Position numbers and translations under genes: made by a program. Source: an uncultured Gemmatimonadales bacterium (GTDB lineage: Bacteria > Gemmatimonadota > Gemmatimonadetes > Longimicrobiales > RSA9). From it: a DNA stretch of 64,000 nucleotides. This document shows positions 48,278 through 57,649 of the stretch, piece after piece (position 1 is the first letter of the stretch; each line of letters starts with the position of its first letter). Location of the stretch: positions 128,001 through 192,000 of the forward strand of contig CAWAMW010000006.1 in NCBI GenBank assembly GCA_963783305.1, written 5' to 3'. The notes under the pieces are model-generated. The model was not told the origin of the DNA. It was given only the letters and a program-made list of their open reading frames with translations, and made no database searches.

Positions 48278-49306
48278 ATGGCGAAGACGCGGGAGACACC
48301 GGAGCACGTCGGTCAGACGGAGCGGCGCGAGCCGGTGACGATGCTGGAAGCGATCCGGGAGGCGCTCTGGGAGGAAATGGAGCGGGACCCCGACGTCTTC
48401 ATCATGGGCGAGGACATCGGCGTGTACGGTGGCGCGTTCAAGGTGACGGACGGCTTCCTCGAGCATTACGGGGACAAGCGCGTGGTGGACACCCCCATCA
48501 GCGAGGCTGGCTTCACCGGCGCCGCCGCCGGGGCCGCTCATATGGGGCTGCGACCGGTCGTGGAGATGCAGTTCATGGACTTCGTGAGCTGCGCGTACGA
48601 GCCGCTGACCAACTACATCGCGACGTCCCGTTGGCGGAAGGCCGGGGCGCTTCCGATGGTGATCCGCGGCCCCGTGGGCGGCGGTGTGCGCGGCGGACCC
48701 TTCCACTCGCAGAACCCGGAGATGGCGTTCTTCCACACGCCCGGGCTGAAGATCGTCTATCCGTGCACGGCGCGGGATGCGAAGGGGCTGCTGAAAGCGG
48801 CGATCCGCGACGAGGATCCGGTGCTCTTCTTCGAGCACAAGAAGCTGTATCGGGCCCCATTCCTGCGGGAGGTTCTGCCCGACGAGGATTACGTGGTCGA
48901 TCTGGGTCAGGCGCGGGTCCACCGTGAGGGCCGCGATCTGACGATCGTCACCTACGGCAACATGGTGCACGAGAGCCAGAAGGCGGCCGAGCAGCTCGCG
49001 GCGGAAGGGGTGGACGTGGAGATCCTGGATCTTCGCACCCTGATGCCGCTGGATGAGGCCGCGATCCTCGAGAGCGTGAAGAAGACGAACCGCCTGCTGG
49101 TGGTGCACGAGGACACGCGCACCGGCGGGATCGCGGGAGAGATTGCCATGCGCGTGAGCGAGAAGGCGTTCGAGTGGCTGGATGCGCCCATGCTGCGCGT
49201 GACGGCACTGGACACGCCGGTGCCGTACTCGCCGCCCCTCGAGGACTACTTCCTGCCGCAGGTGGATGATATCCTGACGGCGGCGCGCTACCTTGTAGGC
49301 TACTGA
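48278..49306 (+). CDS. 2-oxoacid dehydrogenase E1 beta
   Basis: GEDIGVYGG, DTPISE, EMQFMDF, HSQ and DLRTL motifs. Confidence 0.94.
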   Translation: MAKTRETPEHVGQTERREPVTMLEAIREALWEEMERDPDVFIMGEDIGVYGGAFKVTDGFLEHYGDKRVVDTPISEAGFTGAAAGAAHMGLRPVVEMQFMDFVSCAYEPLTNYIATSRWRKAGALPMVIRGPVGGGVRGGPFHSQNPEMAFFHTPGLKIVYPCTARDAKGLLKAAIRDEDPVLFFEHKKLYRAPFLREVLPDEDYVVDLGQARVHREGRDLTIVTYGNMVHESQKAAEQLAAEGVDVEILDLRTLMPLDEAAILESVKKTNRLLVVHEDTRTGGIAGEIAMRVSEKAFEWLDAPMLRVTALDTPVPYSPPLEDYFLPQVDDILTAARYLVGY

Positions 49307-49331
49307 AGCGCAGCCGGATCCCGCGAGCGGA

Positions 49332-49371
49332 ACCGAAGCCCGAACCGTTACCCGAAACCCGACGCCCGACA
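49332..49371 (+). repeat. Short CCCGAnn heptamer run before the E2 start
   Basis: CCCGAAA CCCGACG CCCGACA directly before the ATG, plus degenerate CCGAAG/CCCGAAC units. Confidence 0.55.
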
Positions 49372-49372
49372 C

Positions 49373-50800
49373 ATGCCGAAGATCGAAGTCCCAATGCCGC
49401 AGATGGGGGAGTCCATCGCCGAGGGGACCGTTTCGCAGTGGCTGAAGCAGCCTGGCGACACGGTCGAGCGCGATGAGCCGATCCTCGAAATCTCCACGGA
49501 CAAGGTGGACGCCGAGATCCCGGCCCCCGCGGCCGGCACCCTGGTGGACATCCAGGTGCAGGAGGGCGAGACCGTGGAGGTGGGGACGGTCGTAGCGTTC
49601 ATCGACACGGACGGCGGTGGAGGCGGTGGCGGGGCCGCGAAGTCGAAGTCGAAGGCGGAGCCGAAGGGCGAAGCGGGCGGCGAGCAGGAGGCGGCGCCGG
49701 CGCCGGAGACGGGCCCGGACGCCGCGGGCGAGGCGGAGACGAGCGAAGAGACGGCGGGTGGAGCGGAGGAGAAGGCCGCGGCGCCGGCAGGGGGCGCCGA
49801 GACGGCCGATGAGCGGCTGCGTCGTCGCTCGACCCCGGTGGTCCGCAGGATCGCCGAGGAGCACGATGTCGACCTGGCGCAGGTGGAGGGTTCCGGCCGG
49901 GCCGGTCGCGTGACGAAGCAGGATATCATGGCCTTCATCGAGGGCGGGGGGGCTACCGAGGCGAAGGAGGCGGCCCGGCCCGCGCAGCCCGCACAGAAGC
50001 CTTCGCGGGAGAAGGCGCCGGCGGGCGGCACGATGGGCACGGGCGAGCTGTGGAGCCAGTTCTATGGCGAAGTGCAGCACCCGGAGTGGCCGGTCCGGGA
50101 GGGCGACCGGGTGGAGAAGATGGACCGGATCCGGAAGCTCACCGCCGACCACATGGTCCTGGCGAAGCGCGTGGCTCCGCACGTCCACTCGTTCATCGAG
50201 ATCGACTTCACCCGGATCGACCGGATCCGGCGCGCCAACAAGAAGAAGTGGGCGGAGCAGGGGAACAAGGTCAGCTACACCGCGTTCGTGGCGTGGGGCG
50301 TGGCCAAGGCGCTTCAGGAGTTCCCCATGGTGAACGGCACGGTATCGGGCGAGAGCCTGATCTTCCGTGGCCACATCAACCTGGGGATCGCGGTGGACCT
50401 GAACCCCGGTCTCATTGTCCCGGTGATCCGCGATGCCGACGACCTCACTCTCGTGGGCCTCTCGAAGCGCGTCATCGACCTCGCCGGCCGGGCGCGGGAT
50501 CGGAAGCTCAAGCCCGACGAGATTCAGGGCGCGACGTTCTCCATCACGAACCCGGGCATCTTCGGCACCTACGTGGGGCTGCCGATCATCCCGGAGGGAA
50601 CCGCCGCGATCCTCGGGCTCGGCAGCATCGAGAAGCGTCCGGTCGTCATGGAGGTCGACGGAGCCGACACGATCGCTATCCGGCTCATGAGCATGTTCTC
50701 GATCGGCTACGACCACCGGATCGTCGATGGTGCCGACGCGGCTCGTTTCCTGGCACGGCTCAAGGAGATCCTGGAGACCTTCCCGGAGGAAGCGGCGTAG
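49373..50800 (+). CDS. Dihydrolipoamide acyltransferase E2 (one lipoyl domain)
   Basis: STDKV lipoyl site, E3-binding GSGRAGRVTK and DHRIVDG motifs. Confidence 0.95.
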   Translation: MPKIEVPMPQMGESIAEGTVSQWLKQPGDTVERDEPILEISTDKVDAEIPAPAAGTLVDIQVQEGETVEVGTVVAFIDTDGGGGGGGAAKSKSKAEPKGEAGGEQEAAPAPETGPDAAGEAETSEETAGGAEEKAAAPAGGAETADERLRRRSTPVVRRIAEEHDVDLAQVEGSGRAGRVTKQDIMAFIEGGGATEAKEAARPAQPAQKPSREKAPAGGTMGTGELWSQFYGEVQHPEWPVREGDRVEKMDRIRKLTADHMVLAKRVAPHVHSFIEIDFTRIDRIRRANKKKWAEQGNKVSYTAFVAWGVAKALQEFPMVNGTVSGESLIFRGHINLGIAVDLNPGLIVPVIRDADDLTLVGLSKRVIDLAGRARDRKLKPDEIQGATFSITNPGIFGTYVGLPIIPEGTAAILGLGSIEKRPVVMEVDGADTIAIRLMSMFSIGYDHRIVDGADAARFLARLKEILETFPEEAA

Positions 50801-50806
50801 GCCAGG

Positions 50807-50922
50807 GCTCGGGCCTTCGGCCCTCGCGGAGGGGCGCCTGGCGGCGCCGGAGGCGCTCGACCTTCGTCTCGCGGAGGGGCGTCTGGCGGCGCCGGGGCGC
50901 TCGACCTTCGGTCTCGCGGGGG
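50807..50922. repeat. REP-like tandem palindromic units (3 copies, 44-48 nt period)
   Basis: GCTCG..CCTTCG..CTCGCGG units at 50807, 50855 and 50899, with near-identical linkers. Confidence 0.8.
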
Positions 50923-50928
50923 GACGAC

Positions 50929-51618
50929 ATGGTGGACGGCAGGGAAAGCTACGAGGTCGAGGGGCGGACGCTGGAGGTCCGTCGGCTCGGCCTCGTGCCG
51001 TACGGGGAGGCGCTGGAGCTTCAGGCGCGGCTGGTGGAGGAGCGGCGGGCGGGGGCGACGGGCGACCTGCTGCTGCTGCTGGAACACCCTCACGTGATCA
51101 CCCTCGGCAGCTCGTCACACGAGAGCCACGTGCTGCTGGACGCGGCGGAGCGTCGGCTCATGGGTATCGAGCTGTACGAGACCGGCCGCGGCGGTGACGT
51201 CACGTACCATGGGCCGGGGCAGCTCGTGGGCTATCCCATTCTGGATCTCAAGCCGAATCGAAAGGACCTCCACCGGTACGTGCGGGACCTGGAGGAGGCG
51301 CTGATCCGGATGCTCTCGACGTACGACATTGTGGGGGCGCGGAAACCGGGGATGACGGGGGCGTGGGTGGGTGATGAGAAAGTGGCCGCCATCGGGGTGA
51401 GGGTCTCGAGCGGCTGGATCACGTCCCACGGATTCGCCCTGAATGTCAGCTCCCGCCTCGACTATTTCGACGCCATCATCCCGTGCGGGATCCGGGAGTA
51501 CGGCGTGACGTCGATGTCCCGGCTTCTGGGCCACGATCTGCCGATGGCGGAGGTCGAGGAGCGTATGGTGGCGTCATTCCGGGACGTGTTCGGCGTCGAG
51601 GTCTCCAACCGTCGGTAG
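50929..51618 (+). CDS. lipB: Lipoyl(octanoyl) transferase
   Basis: LLEHPHVITLG, RGGDVTYHGPGQ, KVAAIG, HGFALN and IPCG motifs. Confidence 0.96.
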   Translation: MVDGRESYEVEGRTLEVRRLGLVPYGEALELQARLVEERRAGATGDLLLLLEHPHVITLGSSSHESHVLLDAAERRLMGIELYETGRGGDVTYHGPGQLVGYPILDLKPNRKDLHRYVRDLEEALIRMLSTYDIVGARKPGMTGAWVGDEKVAAIGVRVSSGWITSHGFALNVSSRLDYFDAIIPCGIREYGVTSMSRLLGHDLPMAEVEERMVASFRDVFGVEVSNRR

Positions 51619-51674
51619 GTCGCTAACGAAAACCCGCGGCCGTGCGTCTTGATTCGAGGCAGCGGAAGCAATCC

Positions 51675-52814
51675 ATGAGAGCTGGAGCGGCAGTGGGGAT
51701 ACGTTTGAGGTGGTCGGCGGCGACGGGGGCGGTCGGCCGCACTGGGGCTCTGATCGCGTTGGCGGCCGTGGGGCTGGCGGCGGCGGCGTGCGAGGGCGGT
51801 GAGGCGGCGGAAGCGCAGCAGGGTGCGGGCGGCGGCCCGGGCGGCGGAACGGTGGCCGCGGTGGAGGTGGCCCCTGCGGAGCTCGGGTCGATCGCGCGGT
51901 CGGTGACGGTATCGGGCGTGATCGCGCCCATCCGGACGGTGGGGGTGAACAGCCAGCTTCCGGGCGCGCTGCTGTCGATCCACGCCGAGGAGGGCGACCG
52001 AGTGGCGGCCGGCGAGCCGCTGGCGCGCCTGGATGATCGGGAGATCCGGGCGCAGCTCACGGCGGCGGAGGCGGCGTTCGAGGTCGCCGACGCGGCGTAC
52101 CAGCGGGCCGTGCAGCTGCGGGACCAGCAGGTGATCACGCTCCCGGAGTTCGAGCGGGACCGCACTGCTCGGGCGGCGGCGAAGAGCCAGCTGGATCAGC
52201 TGCGGGCGCGGGCTGGCTACGCGGTCGTGGTGGCGCCGATCGACGGGGTCGTGACAGAGAAGCGCGTGGAGGCCGGGGACGTGGTGGGGAACCAGGCGCG
52301 GCTGTTCACGCTGGCCGATGTCTCCACGCTCGTGGTCCGGGTCGGTGTCTCCGAGCTGGATGTCGTGGAGCTCTCTCCCGGCGATCGCGTGGAGCTGGCG
52401 CTCGACGCATACCCCGGCCGTTCCTTCCCTGGCCACGTGCGGCGGATCTTCCCGAGCGGCGACCCCACCACACGGCTGGTGCCGGTAGAGGTCGCCCTGG
52501 ACGTCACCGATGCGGCCGTGGCGCGTCCCGGGTTCCTGGCCCGCGCCACGTTCGCCCTGAGCACCCGGTCGGACGTGCTGCTGATCCCGGCGAGCGCCCT
52601 GGTGGCGGGAGCGGGTTCCGCGTCGGTGTTCGTGATCCAGGACGGGCGTGCGCTCCGGAGAACCGTGGTACCGGGTCTCACCTCCGAGGGTCGGATCGAG
52701 GTGGTGTCGGGGCTGGAGCCGGGTGAGCGGGTGGTGACGGCGGGCAGCAACGCGCTGCGCGACGGCATGGAGGTCCGGATCGTGAGGTCGGGCGCCGGCG
52801 AGGTGGAGGGATGA
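51675..52814 (+). CDS. RND efflux periplasmic adaptor (MFP)
   Basis: Lipoprotein-like signal (AAAC), EEGDRV, APIDGVV and SGLEPGERVV; start uncertain. Confidence 0.92.
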   Translation: MRAGAAVGIRLRWSAATGAVGRTGALIALAAVGLAAAACEGGEAAEAQQGAGGGPGGGTVAAVEVAPAELGSIARSVTVSGVIAPIRTVGVNSQLPGALLSIHAEEGDRVAAGEPLARLDDREIRAQLTAAEAAFEVADAAYQRAVQLRDQQVITLPEFERDRTARAAAKSQLDQLRARAGYAVVVAPIDGVVTEKRVEAGDVVGNQARLFTLADVSTLVVRVGVSELDVVELSPGDRVELALDAYPGRSFPGHVRRIFPSGDPTTRLVPVEVALDVTDAAVARPGFLARATFALSTRSDVLLIPASALVAGAGSASVFVIQDGRALRRTVVPGLTSEGRIEVVSGLEPGERVVTAGSNALRDGMEVRIVRSGAGEVEG

Positions 52815-55800
52815 ATCGGGGCGCGCCGGAGCGGCGCGGGCTTCCGAGCCTGGCGATCCGGCGGCCGGTGGGGACCCTGACTCTCACGTCCGTGGTGGTG
52901 GTGCTCGGTGTCTTCTTCGCGTCGGGCCTTCCCCTCGATCTTCTGCCGAGCATCATCTATCCCCAGATCCGGGTGGGGGTCTCAGATCGGGGAGTTGAGC
53001 CGCAGGTGCTGGAGGAGACCGTGGCCAAGCCGCTGGAGGCGGCGCTCGCGACCACGGAGGACCTGGTGCGGCTGGAGACGGAGGTGCAGGAAGGGCGGGT
53101 GGGCGTCAACCTGCACTTCTCGTATGGCACCAATATCGATTTCGCCCTGCAGGATGCGGCGAAGAACCTGGAGCGGGCGCGGGGCGCGCTCCCGGAGGAA
53201 GCGGATCCGCCGACGATATTCAAGTTCGACCCGTCGCAGATGCCTGTGTACGAGGTGGCGTTCAGCTCCTCGACCCGCGACCTGATCTCGCTGCGGGACT
53301 GGGTGGAGTACCGGCTCCGTCCGCAGCTGCTGACGATCGAGGGAGTGGCGTCGGTGGACGTGGCGGGGGGTCTGGTCCGGGAGATCCAGGTGGTGCTGGA
53401 CCAGGAGCGGCTGCGCTCGTACGGGCTCACCGTCTCGCAGGTGATCGAGGCGGTGCGCGCCGCGAACCAGGATGTAGCGGCGGGCCGGGTCGCTTCGCCG
53501 ACCCGCGAAGTGGTGGGGAAGACGGCCGGGAAGTTCCGCAGCATCGATGACGTCCAGGCCGTCCTCCTCCAGATCCCCGGCGGCGGCCGGATCCCGCTCT
53601 CGGAGGTGGCGGACGTCCGGGACACCCATCGCGAGCAGCGGCTGTGGGCCCGGCTCGACGGCATCCCCGCCGTGAAGCTGTCGGTTCGGAAGCAGCCGAA
53701 CGCGAACACGGTGGCGGTGGCCGACGGCGTGGACGCGCGGCTCGCCGCCCTCTCCTCGTCGTCTTTCGTCCCGCGGGACATTCGCTACAGCACGATCCAG
53801 AACCAGGCCACATTCATTCGGAACTCGGTCGCGTCCGTGCGGAACGCCGCTCTGGCGGGCGCGCTCCTGGCCATGCTGGTGGTGCTCCTCTTCCTGGGCT
53901 CGCTCCGGAAGACGTTCGTCATCGGGCTGGCCATTCCCATCGCGATCCTCGCGACCTTCATCATGATGGGGCTGGGTGGGCTCACGCTGAACATCCTGAG
54001 CCTGGGCGGACTCGCGCTCGGTGTGGGGCTGCTGATCGACAACTCTATCGTGATGCTGGAGAACATCTTCCGCCATCGGGAGGAGGGGAACGAGGACCCG
54101 GAGCAGGCCGCCCACGATGGCGCGGCGGAGGTGACCAGCGCGGTGACGGCCTCGACGGCCACCAACCTGGCGGCGGTGATCCCGTTTCTCCTGATCAGCG
54201 GGCTGGCCGCGCTCATCTTTCGCGAGCTGATCCTGACCATCTCATTCGCGATCCTCGCATCGCTCACGGTGGCGCTCACGGTGGTGCCGACGCTCTCGGC
54301 GCAGTTGGCAAAGGTGCGGTTCGAGAGCGGGATCCACGAGTGGCGCCCGCTGCGCGCGTTCGACCGGGGGGTGGTGTCCCTGAGGCGGCTCTATGGCCGG
54401 GTGGCGCCCACGGTGCTCCGGTGGCGCTGGGGCGTGATGGCGGCGGCGCTGAGCGCGCTGGTGCTCTCGTGGACGCTCACGCGCGGCCTCGGGAACGAGT
54501 TCCTGCCGCAGGTCGACGATGGCAACGTGGGCGTGTACCTGACGCTCCCGCCCGGCGCGAGCGCGGAGCAGACGAACCGCGTGGCGCTGGACGTGGAGGC
54601 GCTGGTGCGCGGAATGCCGGGGGTCCGCACGGTGTTCGCCACGGCGGGCGGCTTCATCTGGGGGGGCTCGACGAGCGAGCGGGCGGGTCGCGGATCGATG
54701 GACATCGTGCTGGAGTCCGGTGCGGAGCGCGGGATGAGCGCCGACGCCTGGGTCCAGGAGCTCCAGAGCAGGATCAACGAGCGCGGCTTTCCGGGAGCCC
54801 GGATCTTCGTTCGGCCGCCCCGGATCCGTGGTCTTCGGACGTCGGCGTCCGGGTCGGCCGTGGCGCTGAGCATCCAGGGCGATGACCTGGGCGAGCTCCA
54901 GCGTCTGGCGGATGAGGTGATGCGCAGGGTGGAAGGCGTGCCGGGGCTCGAGAATCTGGAGCCGTCGACGGACGAGGCGAGCCCGCAGCTGTCCATCGAG
55001 CTGGACCGGGAGCGCGCCGCCTACCTGGGGTTGAGTGTGGCCGCGGTCGGTCAGACGCTCCGCACCGCCCTGGATGGGACCGTAGCGACCCGGTACACCT
55101 CCGGAAACCAGGAGTACGACCTGCGGGTCATGCTGCCGCGCGAGAGCTTCACCAGCCCGGAGGACCTGGGCTCGGTCGCTCTGTTCCCGGGGGGATCAGG
55201 CGGTGCGCCGATCTACCTGCGCGACGTGGCCGATGTGCGAAGCAGCCTCGGCCCCACGACCATCCTTCGGGAGAACCAGAACCGCGTGCTCCGCCTGACG
55301 GGGGACGTGGTGACGGAGGTCGCCACGGTGGGCGAGGTGAACGACGTGATCCGCGAGCGGCTTGCGGGACTGGTCCTGCCGGACGGATACGGCATCGTGT
55401 TCGGGGGTGAGGAGGCAGCGATCCGGGAGAACAACCGGCAGCTGACGATCGTCGTGCTGATGGCGGTGTTCCTCGTGTTCGTGGTCATGGCGGTCCAGTA
55501 CGAAAGTCTGATCAACCCTCTCGTCATCCTCCTGGCCATGCCGCTCTCGCTCGTGGGCGTGGGTCTGCTGCTGGCGCTGACCGGCACGCCCATGAGCGCG
55601 CCGGTCCTGCTCGGGGTGATCCTGCTGGCGGGGATCGTTGTCAACAACGCCATCCTGCTGGTGGAGTACGCGGAGCAGGGTCGGCTGCGGGGTCTGAGTC
55701 GGGAGCAGGCGGTGATGGAGGCCGGGACCGTGCGGCTTCGGCCGATCCTCATGACCACGCTCACCACCGGGTTCGGCATGCTCCCGCTGGCGCTGGGGAT

Positions 55801-56026
55801 CGGCGAGGGATCGGAGCTGATGCAGCCGCTGGCCATCGCCGTGGTGGGAGGGCTGAGCGTGTCCACGCTCCTTACGCTGTTCGTGATCCCGAGCGCCTAT
55901 GTGATCCTGAACGGCGCCGCGGAGCGGCTGGGCGAGTGGATGACCGGGGCGCGAAACGCGGGTGCGGAGCGAGGCGCGGCGGTCTCGGTCGAGGCGACGT
56001 CGGAGGTGGAGGCGGGAGTGCTCTGA
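52811..56026 (+). CDS. RND efflux permease (AcrB/AcrD/AcrF family)
   Basis: IRRPV, IDNSIVMLENI, GIVVNNAIL and RLRPILMT motifs; 1071 aa. Confidence 0.95.
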   Translation: MNRGAPERRGLPSLAIRRPVGTLTLTSVVVVLGVFFASGLPLDLLPSIIYPQIRVGVSDRGVEPQVLEETVAKPLEAALATTEDLVRLETEVQEGRVGVNLHFSYGTNIDFALQDAAKNLERARGALPEEADPPTIFKFDPSQMPVYEVAFSSSTRDLISLRDWVEYRLRPQLLTIEGVASVDVAGGLVREIQVVLDQERLRSYGLTVSQVIEAVRAANQDVAAGRVASPTREVVGKTAGKFRSIDDVQAVLLQIPGGGRIPLSEVADVRDTHREQRLWARLDGIPAVKLSVRKQPNANTVAVADGVDARLAALSSSSFVPRDIRYSTIQNQATFIRNSVASVRNAALAGALLAMLVVLLFLGSLRKTFVIGLAIPIAILATFIMMGLGGLTLNILSLGGLALGVGLLIDNSIVMLENIFRHREEGNEDPEQAAHDGAAEVTSAVTASTATNLAAVIPFLLISGLAALIFRELILTISFAILASLTVALTVVPTLSAQLAKVRFESGIHEWRPLRAFDRGVVSLRRLYGRVAPTVLRWRWGVMAAALSALVLSWTLTRGLGNEFLPQVDDGNVGVYLTLPPGASAEQTNRVALDVEALVRGMPGVRTVFATAGGFIWGGSTSERAGRGSMDIVLESGAERGMSADAWVQELQSRINERGFPGARIFVRPPRIRGLRTSASGSAVALSIQGDDLGELQRLADEVMRRVEGVPGLENLEPSTDEASPQLSIELDRERAAYLGLSVAAVGQTLRTALDGTVATRYTSGNQEYDLRVMLPRESFTSPEDLGSVALFPGGSGGAPIYLRDVADVRSSLGPTTILRENQNRVLRLTGDVVTEVATVGEVNDVIRERLAGLVLPDGYGIVFGGEEAAIRENNRQLTIVVLMAVFLVFVVMAVQYESLINPLVILLAMPLSLVGVGLLLALTGTPMSAPVLLGVILLAGIVVNNAILLVEYAEQGRLRGLSREQAVMEAGTVRLRPILMTTLTTGFGMLPLALGIGEGSELMQPLAIAVVGGLSVSTLLTLFVIPSAYVILNGAAERLGEWMTGARNAGAERGAAVSVEATSEVEAGVL

Positions 56027-56085
56027 CCACGGGCGTCCGGGTGGGGTCGCCGCGGTGGGCGGTTTTTCCGGTTGGGGGTAGCAGG

Positions 56086-56739
56086 CTACCGGACCAAGGC
56101 GGCGTCAGGCCCCTCTTCTATGGGTACCCAGACGGCGCTTTCGGTCGCTATGTAGAACGGATATGAGGTCTGAGATAGCTGTTCATCGCGTCTTGCTGAA
56201 ACCTGTACGGCGACTGTCCCTGGGGGGACGATTGCGCTGCTCAAGATCATGGGGCTCGGCCACGGAGTCGAACGGGAGTCGACGCTGATCAGTTGTTGAC
56301 CACCTGAGTCGACCAGCACCACCCTCCAAGTGAGATACGGGTCGTTCGCGTCCCCACCATACACCACCGGAACCTCAAGATCGCCATTCTGGCGCCGAGT
56401 CGCGGCGCCGTTCCGAGTGACGAATGCAAGAGGAGCTATGACGGCGTCCTCGATCCAGATTTCCAGGTCAACACGTGGTTTCAGGGTGTCTACGACAGGT
56501 TCTATTCGGTACCACCACCGTCCGCCTTGGGTCTCTGCCTGCAGTTGAGTTTCTCCCACATATACGAGCGGAGGCCGCCCTGTCTCCGGTAAGCTCACTT
56601 CCAGAGAGGCTTCCAGGCCTGTTCCCTGCTCTATGCGAAGTCTGGCATACCCGAACTGGTCCTCCTGCACGGCGACGAAGTCAATGTCGCATCCAGCGAA
56701 AGCAACGATCGCAAGGATCATTAACGGCCGCAGTCTCAT
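56086..56739 (-). CDS. Hypothetical beta-rich lipoprotein (lower GC)
   Basis: Lipobox FAGC; ATGA overlap with the upstream gene. Confidence 0.75.
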   Translation of the reverse strand: MRLRPLMILAIVAFAGCDIDFVAVQEDQFGYARLRIEQGTGLEASLEVSLPETGRPPLVYVGETQLQAETQGGRWWYRIEPVVDTLKPRVDLEIWIEDAVIAPLAFVTRNGAATRRQNGDLEVPVVYGGDANDPYLTWRVVLVDSGGQQLISVDSRSTPWPSPMILSSAIVPPGTVAVQVSARRDEQLSQTSYPFYIATESAVWVPIEEGPDAALVR

Positions 56740-57545
56740 CGGAACTCGAGCACCTGCGCCTCTCTTTCGTGAATGTCCCCCAGAAGCGGGGACGACAGAA
56801 TCGGGAGGAGGTTCAGATCAACCGCGATTCCTCGTCCCGTGACCCAAGTCCAAGCCCATTGCTCAATCGGTCTGCTGAAGGTCTGAAGCAGGTAATCGTG
56901 CTGAATAATGTGGATGTTCTCATGACGCTGAATGACAACCCTATCAATATTCGTCGCTCCAAGAAGTATCACACCTCCGACCGCAACACCGTCTGCGTGT
57001 CCTGACCCATTCACAATTTGGTGGTCCCGAGCCACAAAGACCGGGGATCCATTTGATAGTGACTGCTCAACGTCGAAGCTCAGTTCAGACCTGGTGGCCG
57101 CCCAGATCACCGTTCCCACGTCCCGCAGGTTTACTCGTGCACGCAACCCTGCTTTCGGCCGCACTTGGACCCACGCTGGACCAACCGGCAGCCATACCTC
57201 GCTGAACAGGCCACGACCATTGCCTGCGTCCACGACCATGCTGGACCCGAGCCCCGCAACTTGCCGACCAAGAAGGCCGGCACCGCTGAACCGCTCTACC
57301 GCCAGCCGCTTCCCGACGAATACCACGCTGCCGCCGGCAGCGCCCTTGAGGAAGGCTTCGGTCACGTCCTCACGCCGGACGAGCGCTGTGGCTGCTGCTG
57401 TCACGGCGCCAGCGACAATGTTGGCACCAGCCACCCCCACGTCTGCAACCCAGGTCGGCTGCTCATGGGTGTGGTCCTGTGCTTTGGCCTCAATTGGAGA
57501 GGCCAGTAGCGACACCATTGCGGGCACGTACAACAGCCGGATCAT
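56736..57545 (-). CDS. Exported protein with HExxH zincin motif (lower GC)
   Basis: Signal peptide (AKA-Q), Gly-rich hydrophobic helices, RHENIHIIQ and distal HEREA. Confidence 0.72.
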   Translation of the reverse strand: MIRLLYVPAMVSLLASPIEAKAQDHTHEQPTWVADVGVAGANIVAGAVTAAATALVRREDVTEAFLKGAAGGSVVFVGKRLAVERFSGAGLLGRQVAGLGSSMVVDAGNGRGLFSEVWLPVGPAWVQVRPKAGLRARVNLRDVGTVIWAATRSELSFDVEQSLSNGSPVFVARDHQIVNGSGHADGVAVGGVILLGATNIDRVVIQRHENIHIIQHDYLLQTFSRPIEQWAWTWVTGRGIAVDLNLLPILSSPLLGDIHEREAQVLEFR

Positions 57546-57649
57546 TCAGCTTCCCATTCCGCCACAGGTCAGGGGGGTGAGGGATACTTGCCGGGTCCTA
57601 GCCTGTGCGCCAGGGACGTCCCGCCCGGCGCCTCTGGAGACTCGGAGGT

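Noticed and set aside
47801..50716. 971-aa minus-strand ORF, and similar long antisense ORFs (3517-5391, 8035-9984, 15700-17787, 27476-29875, 29900-31651)
   Set aside because: These are shadow frames opposite well-supported genes. High GC3 suppresses stops, and the translations are Arg/His/Pro-rich with no motifs.
50807..50922. Possible mini-CRISPR
   Set aside because: Only three degenerate units, and the linkers are near-identical rather than unique spacers
51675..56026. RND pump without an outer-membrane factor and with DN/NN instead of DD/K relay residues
   Set aside because: Both traits are common in this RND subfamily, and a TolC-like gene is often encoded elsewhere
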